Translations under genes and position numbers: made by a program
Notes under the pieces: model-generated
Database searches by the model: none
The model's input: only the letters and a program-made list of their open reading frames with translations
Told to the model about the DNA's origin: nothing
Virus record (IMG/VR): IMGVR_UViG_3300032038_000058
Direction: 5' to 3' (one strand)
Length of the DNA stretch: 20,000 nt
Source: an uncultured virus (IMG/VR IMGVR_UViG_3300032038_000058)
Taxonomy: Duplodnaviria; Heunggongvirae; Uroviricota; Caudoviricetes
In this document: piece by piece, positions 1-7,349 of the stretch
Position numbering within the stretch: position 1 is the stretch's first letter
Layout of the letters: the number at the start of each line of letters is the position of its first letter

Positions 1-147
1 GACGTCATAGAACTCACTTCTCTCTGGCTTAAGTTCCATTGTAGGTCCTAAGTCTAATCTAACAGTTTTAAGATTATGCCAAATGGAATAATAATTTAAT
101 CCTGGATTTCTTCTAATTCTTATTCCCCAATCTGTAAAATTCTTCAT
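1..147 (-). CDS. Partial CDS (N-terminus, runs off window start), possibly a radical SAM protein
   Basis: ATG at 147 overlaps the TAA of the upstream ORF (TAATG). Open to base 1: MKNFTDWGIRIRRNPGLNYYSIWHNLKTVRLDLGPTMELKPERSEFYDV. The ...EFYDV ending resembles the strand preceding CxxxCxxC in phage radical SAM proteins, but that motif would lie outside the window. Confidence 0.5.
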   Translation of the reverse strand, partial: MKNFTDWGIRIRRNPGLNYYSIWHNLKTVRLDLGPTMELKPERSEFYDV

Positions 148-467
148 TATATTTCTCTTGAATAATTAGTGAAATCAATTGAATAACCTTTGAATCTCTC
201 ATTTGATTCTAGGAGTGCTTTTATTCCCTCACTGTAAAATTTCTTCACCTTTCTTTTCCAATGAGGATATTCTACTACTAGATGTGGCCGCCTGTTACAT
301 TCTCCCATATAAATAACTACGTCCAATTCTGATTCTTGACTATAACCAAAAACATCATCTAGTAAATCTTCTATCTCTTTTAAAATTTTCTTGTCTGGGT
401 GATTTATATAACAAAACACCTCAGAACTACTGTTTGTAATTACATCTGTTACTGATTTAATTTTCAT
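147..467 (-). CDS. Hypothetical phage protein with N-terminal (D)xITNSSSE motif
   Basis: 106 aa ORF starting MKIKSVTDVITNSSSEVF. Promoter motif 18 nt upstream; translationally coupled to the next ORF. Confidence 0.8.
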   Translation of the reverse strand: MKIKSVTDVITNSSSEVFCYINHPDKKILKEIEDLLDDVFGYSQESELDVVIYMGECNRRPHLVVEYPHWKRKVKKFYSEGIKALLESNERFKGYSIDFTNYSREI

Positions 468-484
468 TTCCTCTAATTTTTTTT

Positions 485-495
485 CATAGTTAAGG
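485..495 (-). promoter_or_regulatory. Putative phage promoter CCTTAACTATG
   Basis: Copy of the recurrent (C/T)CTTAnnTATG intergenic motif, correctly oriented upstream of ORF 467. Confidence 0.65.
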
Positions 496-500
496 TTTTG

Positions 501-544
501 AAAAGAAAAGGTTAAAGAATAATAATATAATCCAATAACCTCCC
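501..544 (-). terminator. Intrinsic terminator downstream of the helicase-like gene
   Basis: Minus strand reads GGGAGGTTA...TAACCTTTT followed by CTTTTC; G.U wobbles work on the minus strand. Confidence 0.5.
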
Positions 545-609
545 TTAATAATCAAATTAATAACTAATCACTAACCCATATCTTGCACTTCTATATACGT
601 AAATCATAA

Positions 610-2661
610 TTAAAATTTTTTACTTATTATTTCATATGCCATATCTCTTTTCTTAGTAACAGAGTTGGTTATCTTAGTCTCCTTAACATCAAACCACTGC
701 TCTAGGTCCGTCGCTTTTGGAGTTACAAAATATTCAAAAGACTTATAAATCTCTCTTAATTTCTCTTTTATTTCTGCTTTTGTATATTTTTCCCCAACAA
801 TAAAAGTAGATTTTATTTTCTCTGCTAAATCCCAGTTAATATTTTGTCTAGACATTGAAGACTCAAATTCCTTTTCCAGCATATTTCTAGTATAGCTATT
901 AGCACGGATTCTATTAATTCCTAAAGTCAAAATGTAATTCTTATATTCCATAGGTATCAAATCTAGTACTAACACTTTTAAACTCTCTGATAACCTACCA
1001 GATTCTAAACTATCGCACAGGAGTTTCATTTTATCTCGAAAAATAGTCATTGAATTAAACTCTTTTAAGAATAACTCTGCAGCTTTATCTATAACACTAG
1101 TATTATAACAATTCTGTAAACTAGAGAAAACTGTAAATCTATCAGCATAATCTACTTCCTGTATCTCAAAGGTTCTCATTTCAGATACCAACATTAGATT
1201 ATTAAATACCGGTAACTTAGAGGAACCATTATGCCTATTTACAGCCACATAGTCGTCTTTGTAGTTTGAATTTTTGGCATCTTTTTCATACTTCGTTGCT
1301 AAAGATCCTCTAACTCCATCATTGGCTGCTGTTTTATATGCAGAAAGTAAATCATTAGTGCTTTCAATCTTTTTCTTTAGATAATTACTAAACTCCTCTG
1401 GACTTTTATCGTCTATTCTTAAGGTAATATACAACTCCGCTGAATTTTTCCAGGGATTCTCTACTAAACGCTGACGTCCTAAGATTTGCGGAAGGTCCAT
1501 AGAAATATCCACAGAAAGACAATCAATATTAGCATTACTGAAAATATAAGATTTGGCATTTGTACTGTAAAAGTCTGCTCCTAGGTATACTGTCCTTGTA
1601 CAGAAGGTAAACATCTTATGAGGTTCTCCATACTTTGGTACTTTCCCTATATACTCAATTTTATCTCTAACTTTTCCATCAAACGCCTTTCTAATCAATT
1701 TTTCATTCTCTTTTGTTCTAGATACTAAGACATTACACTGATCAATAGTAAGCTCAGAGGCCTTTATTGCTCTACAAATATCCTTAACCGAATTAACATA
1801 AATTACAGCTTCCTTAGATTGTATCTCCTGTAAATTTCCATTAGAGTCTGTAAAACGATAAGAATCAAAATTCCCTGATTTATACTTCTCAATAATCCTT
1901 TTAATTGCCTGTTGAATAGTATTACGTTTACCACAGTACTTTACTTCTAGGTGAGGCTTTATTACTCTCCCTGGTTCTTCACTCTCCCAATCCAACTCAA
2001 AATAAGGTAAGTCTTTAAATTCTTCAAGCATATCAAGATATTTCTCTAACATAGGAGTAGCTGAGACGAAACATACTTTTCTCAAAGACTTTAACTCTTC
2101 TACAAACTCTAATTCAGTGTCAGATTTAAACTTGGCGTCACAGAAAATTGATTGAAACTCGTCTATGACAATGTAAAAATTCTCTATATCCTTTCCAAGT
2201 GCTTCCTTGACATGTCTGAAACTATCATAAGTAACTAATAATTTACATGGCTTACCGGGAGAAAATGGAGAGGATTTACAAGAATTCCAGTAGGATCGTA
2301 TGTTATCCTTAAGCTGCATAATCCTAGCCGCAGTTTCATTAACATCTACACTAGGTTGTGGCCTATTAGTTTCTGGTTTTGGGTCTCTGGAAAAATCCTT
2401 CTCAAAATTCGTAACCTTTTCAATCTCATTTCTTACGTAAAAAAGATTCCCTTGATGCTGATCCTCCTTATTCTCTAACAAAATACGCCTAGGACTACAT
2501 AGGATAATGTTCATGCCATTCCTAATACAATTCTCTGTATATCCACAGCCAGTTAGGGTTTTGTTTAGGATATGAGGGAAATCGAAATCTGACAAATTAT
2601 AATCAGGCCAATCACTAATGTACCTTATTCCCTTTGGTACTTTTAATACTTTTTTTCTCAT
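610..2661 (-). CDS. SF2 (DExD/H-like) helicase-fold protein with degenerate Walker A; possible origin-binding/replication protein
   Basis: 683 aa. LNKTLTGCGYTE (Walker A-like, Lys replaced by Tyr), ILCSPR (motif Ia), IVIDEFQS (motif II), SATP (motif III), IYVNSV (IV), TVYLGADF (V), QILGRQR (VI). Basic helical C-terminal domain. Confidence 0.75.
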   Translation of the reverse strand: MRKKVLKVPKGIRYISDWPDYNLSDFDFPHILNKTLTGCGYTENCIRNGMNIILCSPRRILLENKEDQHQGNLFYVRNEIEKVTNFEKDFSRDPKPETNRPQPSVDVNETAARIMQLKDNIRSYWNSCKSSPFSPGKPCKLLVTYDSFRHVKEALGKDIENFYIVIDEFQSIFCDAKFKSDTELEFVEELKSLRKVCFVSATPMLEKYLDMLEEFKDLPYFELDWESEEPGRVIKPHLEVKYCGKRNTIQQAIKRIIEKYKSGNFDSYRFTDSNGNLQEIQSKEAVIYVNSVKDICRAIKASELTIDQCNVLVSRTKENEKLIRKAFDGKVRDKIEYIGKVPKYGEPHKMFTFCTRTVYLGADFYSTNAKSYIFSNANIDCLSVDISMDLPQILGRQRLVENPWKNSAELYITLRIDDKSPEEFSNYLKKKIESTNDLLSAYKTAANDGVRGSLATKYEKDAKNSNYKDDYVAVNRHNGSSKLPVFNNLMLVSEMRTFEIQEVDYADRFTVFSSLQNCYNTSVIDKAAELFLKEFNSMTIFRDKMKLLCDSLESGRLSESLKVLVLDLIPMEYKNYILTLGINRIRANSYTRNMLEKEFESSMSRQNINWDLAEKIKSTFIVGEKYTKAEIKEKLREIYKSFEYFVTPKATDLEQWFDVKETKITNSVTKKRDMAYEIISKKF

Positions 2662-2734
2662 AACATTTATTATTTTAATTATTTCTTTTTCATAAGTGAA
2701 GCCTCCTTAAAACAGTCAGCTTCACTATCTCTCT

Positions 2735-2745
2735 CACATATCAGG
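2735..2745 (-). promoter_or_regulatory. Putative phage promoter variant CCTGATATGTG
   Basis: Variant of the motif, followed on the minus strand by a leader hairpin AGTGAAGC/GCTTCACT (2695-2726) before the ATG at 2661. Confidence 0.45.
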
Positions 2746-2842
2746 CGTTGAGAGTTTCTGGAAGGAGTTTTTTTTGATTTACAGAGTAACATTATCTTTA
2801 GAGATGAAAAAAAAGACATACATTAAATAATACCCCAATTCC

Positions 2843-3050
2843 TCCAAATTTTTTCCACGCCACGTTCCAAAAATTTTCCGGAATAAAAAATAATAAAATT
2901 TGCCATATCTTCACTTCAATAAAAGCCGTTAGGCGTTAGTGAAGTATTACTCGGTCGGATGGTTGGGGAAGCGTAAGCGGAGGCAGACCGAGTTTATTAT
3001 TATTCTTTATCTTTATTCCCAGAGGGTCCCTGTTTCAGAGGCTCTCAATT
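2843..3050. other. Non-coding hairpin/direct-repeat cluster, candidate replication origin
   Basis: Direct repeats TCCAAATTTTTTCC (2843-2856) and TCCAAAAATTTTCC (2866-2879). Stems CTTCACT/AGTGAAG (2909-2944) and ACTCGGTC/GACCGAGT (2949-2993) enclose mini-hairpins GCC-GTTA-GGC and GC-GTAA-GC. Lies between divergent promoter motifs at the strand switch. Confidence 0.35.
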
Positions 3051-3112
3051 GCAAAGGTTTTTTTAATGCAGAATCCGCTTGAAAAATCCCGCCGTCTAAA
3101 AACCCCTGAAAA

Positions 3113-3123
3113 TCTTATATATG
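3113..3123 (+). promoter_or_regulatory. Putative phage promoter TCTTATATATG
   Basis: Consensus copy of the motif; its final G is the first base of the ncRNA closing stem. Confidence 0.65.
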
Positions 3124-3285
3124 GAGAGAATATAACGACACATAAATTACAGTCATACCCTTCCGGTCTTAGCCGACAAAAAAGTGGATATTGGTCGGGG
3201 TAATAGAGACAATCGCCGGGGTGACTGATTTACTAGCCCATTGCGAGTTCGGGTTCACGTGTGCATCGATTCTCTCCCTTTTTTT
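3123..3285 (+). ncRNA. Candidate structured ncRNA (~155 nt, rod-like with central bubble)
   Basis: GC-rich island. Closing stem GGAGAGAAT (3123-3131)/ATTCTCTCC (3269-3277) then C+T7. Nested stems CACAT/GTGTG, CAGTCA/TGACTG (3150-3155/3222-3227), CCGG/CCGG, GTCT/AGAC, CCGAC/GTCGG; side hairpin AGCCC/GGGTT. No ORF in the track. Confidence 0.55.
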
Positions 3286-3546
3286 CCTTTATGGAATCCC
3301 AGATACCTCTTCGTGGTGTATAGGACTAGTAGTACTAAAGTTATGAAGCTAAGATCTGGGCAAAGGCATTGAATTATTTTGATGCTGGAGTATGGTGACA
3401 TAGAGATTTATTATTTAAATGTCAAAACGCCGAAACACATATAACTATTTAAATTAAGATAATGAATTTGATTTTGATTAAAGAAATTAGAGGAAATAAT
3501 AATAATATATTAAAAATTCGATCAGGTATTAATAATTTTTAAAGCT

Positions 3547-4155
3547 ATGAAAAATTCTGGTAAGTTTATGATTGCAGCTATTTCAGTGGGGACATTGACT
3601 TTGCTGGGATTCCTAGGTTATAGAAAGATGTCTAGTGATAAGAAGATTAATAAGCGTGAAGAAAAGGAGGACAAGGCATCTGTAGAGCTAGGTAAGACGA
3701 AAAGCGTGGATGACATCAGTGATTTAGATTCAGTTTTAGTATCATCGAAAAAAGAGGTTTATGGTATTTACAAAGAGGTATTGCTTAGTACTATACTGAG
3801 GAATAAGTCTGGTAAATATAATGAGCTTTATGAATTAACTGACGTCTTGGCAGAATTTACAGTTATCGTATCAAGAGGATTTTTATTGAATCTTGAAGTA
3901 ATTGAGATGCTACCAAAAGATGAAGGTGAGTTTATTAAATTATTATACCGAATACGACTAATTAAGGAAGTAAGTCTCTTGTTAAATAGGAATAGATTAA
4001 GAAGGATCTATGGCAATCAAGAGGGACAAGAAAGGGTAGTCGTACCTGCCTCATCAAAGAAGAGAAGACCGAGAAAAAAGAAAGAGTACTTGGTATTAAA
4101 TCTTCAAACCCGGCCAGAGGGTGTGAGACAGAGGAGATCGGAGCACTTTGTATAA
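3547..4155 (+). CDS. Hypothetical protein with N-terminal membrane anchor
   Basis: 202 aa. Hydrophobic FMIAAISVGTLTLLGFLGY followed by a basic stretch; terminator directly downstream. Confidence 0.7.
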   Translation: MKNSGKFMIAAISVGTLTLLGFLGYRKMSSDKKINKREEKEDKASVELGKTKSVDDISDLDSVLVSSKKEVYGIYKEVLLSTILRNKSGKYNELYELTDVLAEFTVIVSRGFLLNLEVIEMLPKDEGEFIKLLYRIRLIKEVSLLLNRNRLRRIYGNQEGQERVVVPASSKKRRPRKKKEYLVLNLQTRPEGVRQRRSEHFV

Positions 4156-4163
4156 AATAAAAA

Positions 4164-4200
4164 TAGGTGGAAATTAAATCCACCTTTTCTTTTTTTTTTT
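4164..4200 (+). terminator. Intrinsic terminator between convergent genes
   Basis: AGGTGGA-AATTAAA-TCCACCT followed by a long T run; A-rich on the other side, so possibly bidirectional. Confidence 0.75.
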
Positions 4201-4583
4201 TAGAATTCAAATCTCCTGACTATATTCTGTGCAGTACCAGAATTACGCTTTCCTTTTCTTACAAATGCTATATCCATATCACTATTCTTAGTCATTGCTG
4301 CATCTCTGCTTTCGTCTGAATCAAAGCCGCCACGTTGATTAAATAGGCTTGATTTACATACTCTTGCCTTTTCGAACATATGGTATACAGTTACCCTACA
4401 TCGTTCTACGTCAGGAAGATTTTCTTTTAGCCAATCTTGTGCCATTTCATCTACTCCCCAATAATCTCCCACAACAAAATGGAAGTCTTCATCATTCCTA
4501 ATAACATTCCTTAATACTGGAACGTAAAGTCTGTTAAATTCTTCAGAGGTAATTTCTCTGTGTCCTGAAATAAAATATGTCAT
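4200..4583 (-). CDS. SLOG-superfamily (YspA/DUF2493-like) nucleotide-binding protein
   Basis: 127 aa. YFISGHR, VVGDYWGVDEMAQ, RDAAMT..SD..IAF, SGTAQNI match the SLOG motif pattern. Confidence 0.7.
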   Translation of the reverse strand: MTYFISGHREITSEEFNRLYVPVLRNVIRNDEDFHFVVGDYWGVDEMAQDWLKENLPDVERCRVTVYHMFEKARVCKSSLFNQRGGFDSDESRDAAMTKNSDMDIAFVRKGKRNSGTAQNIVRRFEF

Positions 4584-4600
4584 ATAAATTAAGTTTTTTC

Positions 4601-4611
4601 CAATCTTAAGG
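4601..4611 (-). promoter_or_regulatory. Putative phage promoter CCTTAAGATTG
   Basis: Motif variant 18 nt upstream of the ATG at 4583; back-to-back with the plus-strand copy. Confidence 0.5.
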
Positions 4612-4619
4612 CTTTAAGT

Positions 4620-4630
4620 ACTTATATATG
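4620..4630 (+). promoter_or_regulatory. Putative phage promoter ACTTATATATG
   Basis: Motif copy 23 nt upstream of the ATG at 4653. Confidence 0.65.
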
Positions 4631-4652
4631 AGTAAAAAATTTAATATAAAAT

Positions 4653-6032
4653 ATGAATAAAGAAAATTATATTATTCCAGAAGAGATTACATTCTATTAC
4701 CCTAAGAAATTAGGAAAGGTTAGAAGGATAGAAGGTTTTGATAAATTGCCCGACGTTCTTCCAGCCGCAGTTTGTAATAAGAAAGATACTTCAATTAAGA
4801 AGTCTAAAGTAAAGTATAATTTAGCTTGTGTCTCCGGATATCAGTCAACTTATAACTGGTATTATGTTAAAGACGGAGAAGAGGAGATATTAGGAGAAAT
4901 AACTATTAAAAACAATTCTTTTAATATAAGCTTAATTCCTAGTGAGATTTCCGAGGAGTTTTTATCACAGTGTTGCTCAGATTGGGGAAATAATTTGGGT
5001 TATAGGACGAGATTATTCCCAGTAATTATTGATTCCCCTGAGATACTATCAGCAACTAATGGTAAGCGGTTAATGGTTTTGTCTCGGTGTAGTGATTTCT
5101 TTCAAGCTTTATTAGAAAATCCATATATAATTGATGGAAAAATTAGAGGAACCTATAACTTGTCTTTTACTACACAATTCCCTGGACTAGTTGAGTTAAG
5201 GTTAGTGGATACGTCAAACCATAATTATAATCAAGCAAAAGAAAAGGGATATACTGTAGCTAAGAAAAAGACATCGAAGTGGATTCCTGGTCATTTATAC
5301 ACCAAGGGGAATGGTAACAGTTTTATATACTTAGGGGAATTTCAAAATATCATAGTAGATAGGCGTTATGGGACAGTAGAGAGTTTTGTTTCTTTACGAG
5401 AGAATAGTAATATCCTTAATAGTTGTAATGATCATCGTAAATTTAAAATGGGAAAAGTTTTTATTAATTTCCCTGAAGATGATGAAGTTAGTGAGTTTAA
5501 GGACAATTATGAAGGTGCACCATTAATAGAGTTTATTAAATTGAACTTACTAGATCAAAATACTTTCTCTGGTAGTTTAAGGTGTAGAGATTCATACAAG
5601 AGTCCAGTCACTGCTGTAGATATGGGAGAGGTTTTAGTATATGATAATAACCTAGACATAAATGCTGTATTAAAACAGATGACAATAGATCAGTTACAGT
5701 CTTTTACTAAACTGTCTGAGATCCCTGAAGAAAAGAGATTCTTATTATCATATTATCCTGAATTTGTTGAAAGTGGAAAGATAGATGAGTATTTGGATCT
5801 CTACTTGGAGAAAATGAAGAAAGAAATACTTGGTATAGGAAATTATTTCTACTATAGAACTCCTAGAAGTACCACCCCAGCTACTGCAGAGTCTATTAGG
5901 TCTAATTTAAATTGGTATTTTAGTGACATTTTGAGTAAGACTGTTTTTAATATCTCTGATTCTAAGATTAATGATATTTTAACAAAAGTTGCAGATTATT
6001 ACAACGAACAGAAAAATCTTAAGAAGCCGTGA
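4653..6032 (+). CDS. Hypothetical phage protein
   Basis: 459 aa ORF with A-rich start context; no motif recognised. Confidence 0.8.
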   Translation: MNKENYIIPEEITFYYPKKLGKVRRIEGFDKLPDVLPAAVCNKKDTSIKKSKVKYNLACVSGYQSTYNWYYVKDGEEEILGEITIKNNSFNISLIPSEISEEFLSQCCSDWGNNLGYRTRLFPVIIDSPEILSATNGKRLMVLSRCSDFFQALLENPYIIDGKIRGTYNLSFTTQFPGLVELRLVDTSNHNYNQAKEKGYTVAKKKTSKWIPGHLYTKGNGNSFIYLGEFQNIIVDRRYGTVESFVSLRENSNILNSCNDHRKFKMGKVFINFPEDDEVSEFKDNYEGAPLIEFIKLNLLDQNTFSGSLRCRDSYKSPVTAVDMGEVLVYDNNLDINAVLKQMTIDQLQSFTKLSEIPEEKRFLLSYYPEFVESGKIDEYLDLYLEKMKKEILGIGNYFYYRTPRSTTPATAESIRSNLNWYFSDILSKTVFNISDSKINDILTKVADYYNEQKNLKKP

Positions 6033-6337
6033 ATGATATTTTAATGATAATTCAAGTTGCCTGTAATTCAGGAGAAGAATCAATTTCAATAAATAATGTG
6101 TCTGACTTAGATATTAGTGTTTTAGAGCCCATGTTGATAGATATTAAAAATCATCGTGGGTACTATCCTACTGGAAGTTATATACGTCTAGGTCAACCAA
6201 CTGCTAGGGACTTATATAGATCTTATCAGGCGTGGGACATATTTGAGTCTCTTATTCCTAAGCCAAGGTCCGGTTTTTCAACAATTCTTAGTATTAAGTT
6301 ATTTAAGGAAAAACCCTTGGAAATGGACATGCTCTGA
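6029..6337 (+). CDS. Hypothetical protein
   Basis: 102 aa; GTG start overlapping the upstream TGA (GTGA coupling). Confidence 0.7.
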   Translation: MNDILMIIQVACNSGEESISINNVSDLDISVLEPMLIDIKNHRGYYPTGSYIRLGQPTARDLYRSYQAWDIFESLIPKPRSGFSTILSIKLFKEKPLEMDML

Positions 6338-6340
6338 AAT

Positions 6341-6351
6341 CCTTAATAATG
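6341..6351 (+). promoter_or_regulatory. Putative phage promoter CCTTAATAATG
   Basis: Motif copy 21 nt upstream of the ATG at 6372. Confidence 0.6.
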
Positions 6352-6371
6352 AAAATAAAACTTGAAAAATT

Positions 6372-6557
6372 ATGGATAATATTAAAGATTATTTTAGAGC
6401 AGATGAAATCATTAATGCGAAAAGTTTTACAAGTGCAACAATAGTTTACACAAATGATCCGAAGAGAAGAGTAGAGCCCTCTCAAGTTGTAGTTGAGAAA
6501 ATGAGAGCTACTACTGGCGATCATCAACTATTGCGGTCTGAGATATTCCTTCCGTAA
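6372..6557 (+). CDS. Small hypothetical protein (monocistronic unit)
   Basis: 61 aa, flanked by the promoter motif and a terminator. Confidence 0.6.
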   Translation: MDNIKDYFRADEIINAKSFTSATIVYTNDPKRRVEPSQVVVEKMRATTGDHQLLRSEIFLP

Positions 6558-6586
6558 GTTTAAAATTTATTAAGTTGTTCAATGTT

Positions 6587-6621
6587 GAGGCAGGTCTATT
6601 AAAGTAGGTCTGTCTCTTTTT
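6587..6621 (+). terminator. Intrinsic terminator
   Basis: GAGGCAGGTCTAT/GTAGGTCTGTCTC stem (G.U pairs on + strand) followed by TTTTT. Confidence 0.7.
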
Positions 6622-6633
6622 ATAGGAGATAAT

Positions 6634-7200
6634 ATGAGTAAATTAAGAGATTATATTTTACAGTATAGTCAATGTCCGGTGGATCAGTTGTTTAGTATAT
6701 TAAATAATTCCACTGATTTGACAAGAGATGAAAAAAATATTATTTACATCTATCTTAATCCGAAACCGATAGCACATATGGAATTGCCCGGAATAATTAC
6801 TAGCAATAGGGGAAATCATCAAGAGGGCTATTTGACGGAAAACTTAGGAGAGATTCTTATATTACTTCGGGCATACAGATCTAGTCAATATAGTAGGTTT
6901 ATTCTTCACTTACTCCATTCTTATGTACAAAATAGTAATGGTATCTATGTAGAGAATGATCCAGAGTTTGATAATTGTAATTGTGGGCTATGTGGCAAAC
7001 TTATTCATAATTATCCAGTTTGGGAGGAATTGTGTAATTTAAACCCATCATTTAAGGAACAAGAGAGAAAAGAATACTTAGCCTACGGAAACAATCAGAG
7101 TACTCAGCATCTATGTTTAAATTGCATGATACAGCTAAATGCATTAGATAGATTGCTCAAAAACCTCGAAGGATCTGGTTATCTTAGTAATTTTAAATAA
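6634..7200 (+). CDS. Hypothetical protein with putative Zn-binding CxxC...CxxC
   Basis: 188 aa; CNCGLCGK and HLCLNC. Confidence 0.75.
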   Translation: MSKLRDYILQYSQCPVDQLFSILNNSTDLTRDEKNIIYIYLNPKPIAHMELPGIITSNRGNHQEGYLTENLGEILILLRAYRSSQYSRFILHLLHSYVQNSNGIYVENDPEFDNCNCGLCGKLIHNYPVWEELCNLNPSFKEQERKEYLAYGNNQSTQHLCLNCMIQLNALDRLLKNLEGSGYLSNFK

Positions 7201-7228
7201 TAAAAATACCAATGAAACCGGATGATAT

Positions 7229-7239
7229 TCTTATATATG
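7229..7239 (+). promoter_or_regulatory. Putative phage promoter TCTTATATATG
   Basis: Consensus copy of the motif in the intergenic region. Confidence 0.65.
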
Positions 7240-7291
7240 AAATTGAAATTTGATTCATTGTTTTGGTTTAATTAGTTTTGTTAAATTGTTA

Positions 7292-7331
7292 GTGAGAGAT
7301 TAATGGAAAGAAATTTTTGTTAATTTCTCAT
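7292..7331 (+). terminator. 18-bp GAAA-tetraloop hairpin (terminator or leader structure)
   Basis: GTGAGAGATTAATGGAAA-GAAA-TTTTTGTTAATTTCTCAT; all non-Watson-Crick pairs are G.U on the + strand. Confidence 0.55.
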
Positions 7332-7349
7332 TAATTTTACTGTAAAAAT

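Noticed and set aside
3245..3278. tRNA/tmRNA-like 3' end (GTTCGGGTT...ATCGATTCTCTCC)
   Set aside because: No proper T-arm, D-arm or anticodon arm, no CCA and no tag ORF. Kept only as an unclassified ncRNA.
2662..3546. CRISPR array or IS/transposon ends in the long non-coding region
   Set aside because: No regularly spaced 25-45 nt repeats, no terminal inverted repeats and no transposase in the window.
4056..4085. NLS-like KKRRPRKKK in the 202-aa protein
   Set aside because: The context is a bacteriophage, and basic runs arise easily in A/G-rich sequence.
7237..7275. Mini-ORFs starting at the ATG inside the promoter motif (e.g. MKLKFDSLFWFN)
   Set aside because: The ATG is part of the motif, and some copies have GTG, TTG or AGG there. 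The ORFs are only 12-16 codons and unrelated to each other.
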